Positions 13,321 to 22,762 of a stretch of DNA of 64,000 bases are shown piece by piece. The position numbers and the translations under genes were made by a program. Where the stretch lies: assembly GCA_028023455.1 (NCBI GenBank), contig JAQFVV010000009.1:12710001-12774000 (forward strand), given 5' to 3'. Positions within the stretch are counted from its first letter, which is position 1, and every line of letters starts with the position of its first letter. A model generated the notes under the pieces. That model searched no databases and had not been told where the DNA came from. It worked only from the letters and a program-made list of their open reading frames with translations. This DNA is from Epiperipatus broadwayi. Taxonomy: Eukaryota > Animalia > Onychophora.

Positions 13321-15100
13321 TTAAATAAAAAAATAGATTAGGATTACATGATCAAAAGTATGTTACTTACTGTGCTGAATAAAACCAGGATGATTTTTTT
13401 TATTTTGTAGTCATTAAATATAAAAATCATCTTTATATTATATATGTCATAAATGAAAGCACAGAATATTTTATAAGATCATTGAATGAAAATAAAATAA
13501 AATGTATTAATTGTTCATATTTTGATTCTATAATCAAAGCACTATTGCATACCATATAATGAATAAACTCTACTGTACATTTTTGCATGAATATCACCAT
13601 TTTTTGTTTGGTAGACACAGCTTTAGTGAAGCCACTATTCTATGATGCTTCACTCTTACATAATGACTGCTATTTTTGATTGCCATCTTGAAAAAATGGC
13701 ATATATTTTTTGTGAATAATTATAAATGAAATCAAATTGGTGGTTACTTAATTATAATGATTGCTATGCAGAATCTTCATATAAAGCCATTGCTAACTGT
13801 GATAAAGCTATATTTGGTTTCTATAAAAGAAAAAGTTAATGAAAAGAAAATTATTCAGAACATGTTTAATAATAATTAAACAGACATTTCCAATTTTATT
13901 TTGAATAATACAGTAGATAGTTTTTTCTTTTTTTAAATTCTTATTGCTTCAGTGAATACACACTCAATAAAATATATGTAAAGGTGTCTCTTCAATTATT
14001 ATTAATAACTAATAACTGTATTATTATTATGTTATTATAAAAAGCTTCTGTGCTATATATATTTGCACGTTGAAAAGTACTGTACACTTGCAGTTTAATA
14101 AATAACGTGTATTAAATTCTAATCAAAGTTTATCAACAAAATGTGAGCTATTATATGCTATATACATATATAAATTCAAGATACCATATATTGGTACTGG
14201 GTCATTCTTCTTCACTTCATCATCTTTAATAAAGATACTAATTTATCAAGTTATTACAACAATATACTACTCTTAACCTAGTTTTAATTTTAAAGATTAA
14301 TAAAAACTATCGGTTGCACTAATTGATTTTTTTTCTTAAATTTTTCATATTGTCATTTCTCAAACAGATTTAAAGAACAACTTGAAACTAGAATACTAGT
14401 AGTCCTGCAACCATGAACATATATATACACACATAAAAGAAGGAATGTTTCCATCTAAAGGATAAAGAAAATTAAATTTAATAATATTATAAGATAATTG
14501 TGTTTATTGATGATCTTCATTCACCTTTACATTAACTTCTTAAAAAGACATTAAACCTACAAGCGAGCATAAATTATTAACATTCACATTTGTTAATTAT
14601 GAATGACAAATATATTAAGCTCTGTTTTTTAAACAGTGTATTTAAAAAAATGTACTTAAAATGCACATAATACATAATTTACAACTATATTTGTTAAGCA
14701 TATATGTATTGAAGTAGAATTTTCAAGCACAGTCTGGGTGGTTTTCTGACACTTAGTTATGGTAGCTACATAGTGGACCATTCCTCTCAGCTTAAGACTT
14801 TTTTGGCATGTTCACATTACATAAGAAAGTTAATTTAGAGAGGCATTCTATTGGAAAATTTATATAATTTCGATGTGATCATATATTGGATTTTTGGTTA
14901 CATTAGTCTAAAAAAATAAGCAATTCAAATATATTTGCATATTAGTACATTTTTGGTAGATGTTAATTATCATAATAAATTTTTAACACCAATGTGGGAA
15001 GAGGCAAAAACGCACTATATATATTGCCACACACAGCAAGCTAGAGTAATCAATGGATGCCAGAAGGCTTTTGCATAAAATCCCCATCTAGTGCCTACTC

Positions 15101-15159
15101 ATGCAATATCCCCAGACTAGTTTCTGGCTTATGGCATTCGTCAGTGAGGAGCCTTGGCT
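15101..15159 (-). ncRNA. Hammerhead ribozyme, family 1 (degraded stems)
   Basis: CUGACGA-AUGC-CAUAA-GCCA-GAAA-CUAG-UC core is intact. There is a stem II mismatch and the distal stem I is disrupted. Confidence 0.65.
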
Positions 15160-15633
15160 CTGAGAGCACTGCATCTAGATCTTAGGATCTAATGCAACCC
15201 TCCAGCCCCCACCTTTTATCTCCATTTAACTACAAAACTATGAGTCTTAAATTGAAAACACCTTAATGTTTTCAATCCAAGCCCATTAGCTTATATAGTC
15301 ATATGGGTCACCCCAGTTCAGTACCCATACATTTTGGTGTCTTTGGTTCTTTAATAACCATATCCATCACTATCCTATTAGACAGGATTGGTTTTAAGCC
15401 CCAAAAATCACATGACTACCTCCTCTTATGCTTGTGTATAACAGTTGCTATACACAAAATGTATGGGTACTGAACTGGGTTCAGACCCATATAATTATAT
15501 AAGCTAATGGGCTTGGATTGAAAACATTAAGGTGTCTTCAATTTAAGACTCATAGTTTTGTAGTTAAATGGAGAGAAAAAGTGGGTGCTGGAGGGTTGCA
15601 TTAGATCCTAAGATCTAGATGCAGTTCTCTCAG

Positions 15634-15692
15634 ATCCAAGGCTCCTCACTGACGAAGGCCATAAGCCAGAAACTAGTCTGGGGATATTGGAT
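15634..15692 (+). ncRNA. Type-I minimal hammerhead ribozyme, family 1
   Basis: Stem I AUCCAA/UUGGAU plus UCCUCA/UGGGGA with an internal loop. CUGACGA at 15649-15655. Stem II GGC-CAUAA-GCC. GAAA at 15669-15672. Palindromic stem III ACUAGU. GUC cleavage predicted after 15678. Confidence 0.88.
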
Positions 15693-16089
15693 GAGTAGGC
15701 ATTAGATGGGGATTTTATGCACAAGCATTCTGGCATCCATTGATTACTCTAGCTTCCTGTGTGTGGTAATATATATAGTTAGTTTTTCCTTGTTTTAACA
15801 ACAATTATACACAAGCATAAGAGGTGGTAGTCTTGTGATGGTTTTTGGCTTAAAACCAATCCTGCCTAATAGGATAGTGGTGGCTATGGTTATTAAAGAA
15901 CCAAAGACACCAAAATGTATGGGTACTGAACTGGGTTCAGACCCATATGACTATATAAGCTAATGGACTTGGATTGAAAACATTAAGATGTTTTCAATTT
16001 AAGACTCATAGTTTTGTAGTTAAATGGAGATAAAAGGTGGGTGCTGGAGGGTTGCATTAGATCCTAAGATCTAGATGCAGTTCTCTCAG

Positions 16090-16148
16090 ATCCAAGGCTC
16101 CTCACTGACGAAGGCCATAAGCCAGAAACTAGTCTGGGGATATTGGAT
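16090..16148 (+). ncRNA. Type-I minimal hammerhead ribozyme, family 1
   Basis: Identical to 15634-15692, shifted by 456 bp (CUGACGA at 16105-16111). Cleavage predicted after 16134. Confidence 0.88.
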
Positions 16149-16545
16149 GAGTAGGCATTAGATGGGGATTTTATGCACAAGCATTCTGGCATCCATTGAT
16201 TACTCTAGCTTCCTGTGTGTGGTAATATATATAGTTAGTTTTTCCTTGTTTTAACAACAATTATACACAAGCATAAGAGGTGGTAGTCTTGTGATGGTTT
16301 TTGGCTTAAAACCAATCCTGCCTAATAGGATAGTGGTGGCTATGGTTATTAAAGAACCAAAGACACCAAAATGTATGGGTACTGAACTGGGTTCAGACCC
16401 ATATGACTATATAAGCTAATGGACTTGGATTGAAAACATTAAGATGTTTTCAATTTAAGAATCATAGTTTTGTAGTTAAATGGAGATAAAAGGTGGGTGC
16501 TGGAGGCTTGCATTAGATCCTAAGATCTAGATGCAGTGCTCTCAG

Positions 16546-16604
16546 ATCCAAGGCTTTTTGCTGATGAAGGTCATAAGCCAGAAACTAGTCTGGAGATATT
16601 AGAT
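16546..16604 (+). ncRNA. Hammerhead ribozyme, family 1 (stem I weakened)
   Basis: CUGAUGA at 16561-16567; GGU-CAUAA-GCC; GAAACUAGUC. Proximal stem I is UUUUUG/UGGAGA, mostly G-U wobbles. Confidence 0.75.
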
Positions 16605-17839
16605 GAGTAGGCAGTAGATGAGGATTTTATGCACAAGCCTTCGGGCATCCATTGATTACTCTAGCTTGCTATGTGTGGTGATATATATGGTGAGTTTTTG
16701 CCTGTTTTAACAATAGTTACACACAAGCATAAGAGGAGGTAGTCATGTGATGTTTTTTGGCTTAATGTGGGAAGATACTATAGTCATATTTCATCATAGC
16801 AGCATTTCCTTTTCTTGCATTTAGCATTCTGAAATCCATTCAGCCTTTAACATAATTTTAACTTTGACTATCCAAGCTTGGTAGCAAGTGCTAAATAGTA
16901 GTTAATAACTGATTTGGTTAAAATTAAAGATAAAACTAATAGCAATAATAACATTTTCTTAAATGAGCAAGAGACTTTGCCTTCTATCTATATACAAGCT
17001 GATTACAAACTTTAGTTATTTTATTATTTTTAAGTTTTTTTACTTGTTGCTTCTTTTTATACTCAGTATTATGACTTTTTAATTGATGCATTTTAATATC
17101 TGGACAATTATTTTATTTAAAAATAAATTCTTTTACAAAATCTATTATAGAATTTATTCAGTTTCCAGTAGTATATTAATTATTAATATTTGTATATATG
17201 AATAGTAAAAGTATATAAATTAATATCACATCTACGAAGTCATAATATATAATAATAATTTTATCTGCAACAGTATTACATCACTAATATTTTATTTATG
17301 CTTAATAAAACATTAGATTGTGATATATTCTTTGACTATCTGCAACTTCAACATTAAGACTGTTTGCTTCTTAATGTATATCTTTCTGATTATATCTTAT
17401 TAAGTTTGGGAACTTGATCAGTAAATAATTTATTTTTGTTAGTCACATTTTTTTAAATAATAAAAACAAAAAAAAAAGAAAGAAGATATTGTCTTTTTCA
17501 TAGATTGAATAACTAAACAATACAGTATTTCAATTCACCAATAATACTTGGATCATTATCAATGATAATTTGCTACTTAGTTAGCACACTGTAACTATAG
17601 CAACACACGTTTTTGCATAATAAACTTTAATAGCAAAATTAAGATGAAACCAAAAATATTTATCTATACAACAAGAAACATATAAAATACTTATGTATAA
17701 CAGTAAAAAAAATCATAAATGCCATCATCAATTATTGTTTGATTAGTCTGAGAAAATGATTGACCCTTCCTCTACATCATGTAATACTTTTATTATTTAC
17801 AACAAGAAGTTTAATACCATATTTGTATAGTGAATATTT

Positions 17840-18580
17840 AATAAATTGAAAGTATGCTAGCCTTTCTCACATGCGCAATTATAACAGAGAAAGCCAATCA
17901 GATTTTAAACAGATATCTAATAAATAATCAAGCTTAGACACGAGACAGAGATTTTGATAGAAAAGGTTGATACCACCTTTTCTAAACTTAACTTTTATAT
18001 ATATAAGCCAGTCTTAAGCATCTTAGCCTGAAAGCTTTAAATATATAAACAAATACAATTATCATTTATTGTGTTATAAATATAATATATTACGGCATGA
18101 AATCTCAGATTTACTATACCGCAATTTTCATGGCAGCAATGTTTGTAAACAATATTTATCTAAATCGCATGTTGAAAATTGATAATAAATTGAAAGTATG
18201 CTAGCCTTTCTCACATTGCGCAATTATAACAGAGAAAGCCAATCAGATTTTAAACAGATATCTAATAAATAATCAAGCTTAGACACGAGACAAAGATTTT
18301 GATAGAAAAGGTTGATACCACCTTTTCTAAACTTAACTTTTATATATATAAGCCAGTCTTAAGCATCTTAGCCCGAAAGCTTTAAATATATAAACAAATA
18401 CAATTATCATTCATTGTGTTATAAATATAATATATTACGGCACGAAATCTCAGATTTACTATACCGCAATTTTCATAGCAGCAACATTTGTAAACAATAT
18501 TTATCTAAATCGCATGTTGAAAATTGATAATAAATTGAAAGTATGCTAGCCTTTCTCACATGTGCAATTATAACAGAGAA
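17840..18580. repeat. Tandem repeat, 344-345-bp unit, about 2.15 near-identical copies
   Basis: Unit starts (ataaattgaaagtatgctagcc) at 17841, 18185 and 18530. An 8-bp direct repeat GAATATTT flanks the array (17832-17839, 18578-18585). Confidence 0.9.
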
Positions 18581-19394
18581 TATTTGTAAATTTTGAAATC
18601 ACGTGATTCACAGTCATATTTATGAGGAAAGTTGAGCTATTATTTTTAATTGCAGAATTGAGGTGTTTAGATTCCTACATTACCTGAGGAGTCAAGATTG
18701 TCTGTGAAATATATATATAATCGAATAGAAGCAAACTAACTTCCCGAGAGTTGTCAAAGATAAATATATACATATATACTTAATATAATTATCAATCTAA
18801 ATAAAATTGAAACAAATAAATTATATTTACAATTATTTAATTATCACTGGCTTTCATCTCTTTTTGAAACTTTTTCAATACATAAAGTTTTATACATCAC
18901 ATGACTTATTAATTGCATTTCTCTACCTATTAGACATTATTTTACCTTCAACAATATAATTAACATTATATAGATATAAAAATAAATAATAGAAAATACA
19001 TAAAAAATAATAATTTTAAAATTATATAAATATATTTACATTTATATACCTATGAAAATAAATTTTCTACCCTGTTTTATAAACCTCCATTCACAATTCT
19101 ACCATAATTTTTAAATCTTCCAATTATTTAATAATGCCCACTTTCCACCTAATTTTGCTGGACCTTCAACTATATTTACACATCTATCCAAATTTTTCTG
19201 AATGTATAAAACTTTATAACATATTCTTTTTCAATAACCTTTAACATGTTTTATAACTCTAATATTCTTCTCACACTCCATTTTATGACCAGTATCTAAA
19301 TAATGAATACGTGGTCCTGATCTAATATCTCTCCTATAAAAGGGAAGGGGAAGTAGAATATTTATTGATATAGGTAAATAAAAATATATGTATT

Positions 19395-19453
19395 TATATA
19401 TAGAGCTTGCAAAATAAGCTCTTAACAAGCTTATTTTGCAAGCTCTATATATA
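19395..19453. repeat. Perfect 26-bp inverted repeat (hairpin/cruciform) with 7-nt loop
   Basis: tatatatagagcttgcaaaataagct-cttaaca-agcttattttgcaagctctatatata. Confidence 0.95.
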
Positions 19454-19698
19454 ACATTTGTAATTATAAGCTTATTAAATTAAGTCATGTGACATCTGAC
19501 TGATTTTTTTTATCATCAGTATATGTATTTATATAATTTTAAAATTAATATTTTTTTAAATATTTTTTATTATTATTTATTTTATATCATTTATTTATAC
19601 ATTTATATGCATAATGATAATTATATTGAAGATAAAACAATGTCTAATAGGTGGAATAAATGTAATTAATAAATCATGTGATATATAAAACTTTATAT

Positions 19699-20043
19699 CT
19701 TGAAAAGATCTCAATAAGAGATGAAAGCTGGGTAGATAATTAAATAATTGCAAATATAATTTGTTGTTTATTTCCATTTTATTTAGATTGATTATTATAT
19801 TAAGTATATATCTATAACAACATTGTGGACGAATAATTAATATTTGACTATTGTATCTATAACTAATTATATTTACAATTATTCAATTATCAATATAGCT
19901 TTCATCTCTTATTGAGAGAAGTCTCAATAAGAGATGAAAGAAAGCCTGATTGATAATTAAATAGTTGTAAATATAATTAGTCGTTTGTTTCACTCTTATT
20001 TCAATTGATAATTATATTAAGTATATGTCTATAACAACACTGT
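19699..20043. repeat. Direct repeat (period about 213) with intervening inverted fragment; hammerhead-like relic
   Basis: tctcaataagagatgaaag at 19709 and 19922, and inverted at 19899-19917, giving a perfect 19-bp hairpin at 19899-19940. The first copy reads cTTGAAAAG-ATCTC-AATAA-GAGAT-GAAA-GCT. Confidence 0.6.
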
Positions 20044-20532
20044 AATCAAATAATTTTTATACTGAATACTTCACCATTGTACATATATACAACTATTTTT
20101 ATTACCATTAAATCTAAGAGTTAACGTCAATTGCTTATTTTTGTTGTCTCTGATTTTATTAATTTTTTACAATTACCTGAAGCAAAAATGAATTTTAACT
20201 TCAAGCCAGATATAAAATAGTAATATTAATTTTAACTTACAATTAAATAATCAAACGCAAAGAGACAGAATTTCATTTTATATCTTTTGCAAATAATAAT
20301 ATAAACACTGCCTTAAGTAAAGTACTAACATATATATATATAATCAAATAAAAACAAATATAGTAAGAGAGTTAGTTTATCTTTCATTGTTTTCAAAGGT
20401 TATCAGATTATGGAGTGCAATTTTAATAATGCTATCAAAAGATTTGATTGGTTACATACTTGCTTTCATTGTGGTGCTTTAAATATATATATATAATCAT
20501 AGTCTCTTTGAGTTCCTTATATCTGTCTATGT

Positions 20533-21687
20533 CAGCGTTTCCCAACCTTTTTTGGCTCGCGTACCACTTGGTAGTACATCACGCTAAATTGTACCACTTC
20601 ATAAAAATGATTGTATTTCGTGAAATTTGTTATTACGAGTATGTTATTTTATTTGCATTATATATGTTATAGGGTGACCAAGTATGTGTTCACATCACAT
20701 AATGAGACAAATTACATTGAAACACGTGGATTATAAACTTACTGAAATTATAAACTCACTGTAACATATATATATATATGTATTTGTTCAAAGTTTCATA
20801 TTTATCTACTATTTTGTCATATTTCGTTTACTAATAAATGGTTTTAATAAAAACACAAAATTATAAAAAAACAATTAATATATTTTTTTATCATAATCAA
20901 ATATTTTTATAAAATAAATTTAATGAGATCCTTGTACTTGTTTCGAAGAACATAATTTTTTGTAATTTGGTGCGTTCAATCTGTTTCGATACTTATTTTT
21001 TTTAAAAATATATGAAGAAAAAACTCTTTCTACTAATTCCATACTAGTAAATGGTAATAATAAATTAAGAGCTTTCTCAGAAAGTTGTTCATATTCTTTA
21101 ATGTTTAATCAAAAATTCATTAGATTGTGTCGTTTGAATTCTACTTGTAAAGTTCTGTTACATGATAATTCTATTAAATTTTCTTTATCCTTTATTGATA
21201 ATGATGTAGCTTTTTCTAAATTTTCTTCATAGAAGGGGTTTGAAATCCAATTATCATTTGTGTTTTAGGGTTTTGGAAAATATTCCATGAAAGACAATTT
21301 TAATCCTGTTAAATGTGCTATTATATTTTTTTATCTTGAGACAGACTAACCTTATTTTCAAAGAAAAAAATATGTAGAATTTCGAATACTTTCGGTTGAT
21401 TGTTTTTGATACACTGTTTCCAAAAATCTAATTTCTTAATCATACTTTCAATTTTATCATTAACATTAAAGATCGTTATCGACTGTACATATTAACAACT
21501 TTACTGTATAATATTATTAATTAAAATAATTTTTATGAATTATAGGAAAAAACATTTCTATGATATTTTTATGATTTAATTTTTTTATTATTATTTATGT
21601 CCGCCATTATTGATTATTTTTCGTGTACCACCAACCAGCAACTCGCGTACCACCAGTGGTACACGTACCACAGGTTGGGAAACACTG
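20533..21687 (-). mobile_element. Internally deleted hAT (Charlie/Buster-type) DNA transposon
   Basis: TIRs CAGCGTTTCCCAACCT / CAGTGTTTCCCAACCT. 8-bp TSD GTCTATGT at 20525-20532 and 21688-21695. Contains a transposase C-terminal relic. Confidence 0.92.
20920..21360 (-). pseudogene. hAT (Buster/ZBED5-like) transposase C-terminal fragment, disrupted
   Basis: AHLTGLKLSFMEYFP...WISNPF...LIELSC...EQLSEKALNLLLPFTSMELVERVFSSY/KNKYRNRLN...KKLCSSKQVQGSH*, with internal stops, a frameshift and a deletion. Confidence 0.85.
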
Positions 21688-21903
21688 GTCTATGTGATTT
21701 AAATCTAGAAAATTTATTAGTATGTAAATGGAGTGATCGAGCATCTGAATGGGAACTTAAGTATAGTAGTACAATTCATTTGATAAAATATATTTTCTTC
21801 TTATTTTATCTAAACAATAATCGATCCAGGAAACTTTAGCTTTTAAACACATCACTCTGAAGACTTTGATTCTCATTCTTTGTCAAAACTGAGTCAAACT
21901 AAG

Positions 21904-22762
21904 GGTACTGTGGTATTAGAGCTGCGACATGAAGTGCTTAATCATTAAATCAATTAGGTAATTAAATCAAAAACATTTTTTAAAATCTACATTAAAAAAA
22001 AAAAACAATTTAACAAAAAAAAATACTAAAAGCATTAATGTGAAGAATAGTTAAAATGCATGTTTAAATCAAATTGATTGTGTGTTTACACGTGCATATT
22101 CTGCAAAATCTATTTTAATACATTGTACAGGCTTACACCTGCATTTATATATGTAATATATGCGGGATTCAAACTCAGACTTTTACACGATCTACAACTC
22201 TCAGTGCCATCTTATATTGCTGACTCACCTGATCACGCACATGTTGAAAAGATAAATAATCACCAATATACGTATTTCGTGCTAAACCAGCACTCATTAA
22301 AGTATGAAGATTGGTTATCTTAATATAAAGCTGAGTACTAATTGTATATATGTGTGGAGATGGTAATCTGAACCAACTGATGAGTGCTGGTTTAGCATGA
22401 AATACTAATATTGGTGATTATTTATCTTTTCAACATGTGTGTGATCAGGTGAGTCAGCAATATAAGATGGCACTGAGAGTTGTAGGTCGTGTGAAAGTCT
22501 GAGTTCGAATCCCGCATATATTACATATAAAAATGCAGGTGTAAGCCTGCACAGTGTATTAAAATAGATTATGCAGAATATGCACGTGCAAAAACACAAT
22601 CAATTTGATTTAAACACGCATTTTAACTATTCTTCACATTAATGCTTTTCGTATTTTTTTTTTAATGTAGATTTTAAAATATGTTTTTGATCTAATAACA
22701 TAATTAATTTAATGATTAAACCATTATAATTCTTCATGTCGCAGCTCTAATACCACAGTACC
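21904..22762. mobile_element. Foldback insertion, hammerhead family 2: about 390-bp inverted arms carrying a hammerhead and a tRNA-like B-box
   Basis: Arms at 21904-22297 and 22380-22762 with an 82-bp spacer. Possible TSD CAAACTAA (21895-21902, 22762-22769). B-box GTTCGAATCC at 22503-22512. Confidence 0.85.
22362..22422 (+). ncRNA. Type-I hammerhead ribozyme, family 2
   Basis: GGUAAUC-uga-ACCAA CUGAUGA (22377-22383) GUGCU-GGUUU-AGCAU GAAA (22399-22402) UACUAA UA|UUGGU-GAUUAUU. The mirror arm (minus strand, 22297 down to 22254) supplies AGCAC and the palindromic UACGUA. Confidence 0.8.

Larger units (their letters stand above)
15003..16763. mobile_element. Retrozyme-like element, family 1: about 2.9 tandem 456-bp monomers plus one inverted near-complete monomer, 12-bp TSD
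   Basis: Monomer starts (caaaatgtatgggtact) at 15455, 15911 and 16367, period 456. Inverted copy at 15003-15447. TSD AATGTGGGAAGA at 14991-15002 and 16764-16775. One hammerhead per monomer and no ORF. Confidence 0.9.

Noticed and set aside
14728-14836. HSLGGFL reading, resembling an alpha/beta-hydrolase nucleophile elbow
   Set aside because: The preceding Gly is absent, the splice sites are weak, and there are no supporting exons.
15455-16763. Repeat array as CRISPR or simple satellite
   Set aside because: The context is eukaryotic and there is no repeat-spacer alternation. The TSD, inversion and ribozyme indicate a retro-insertion.
18679-18722. CTGAGGA...GAAATATATATA hammerhead-like spacing
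   Set aside because: Stem II and stem I do not pair convincingly; at best a very old relic.
22078-22599. Two near-identical ORFs on opposite strands
   Set aside because: A by-product of the palindrome; the informative content is RNA structure, not protein.
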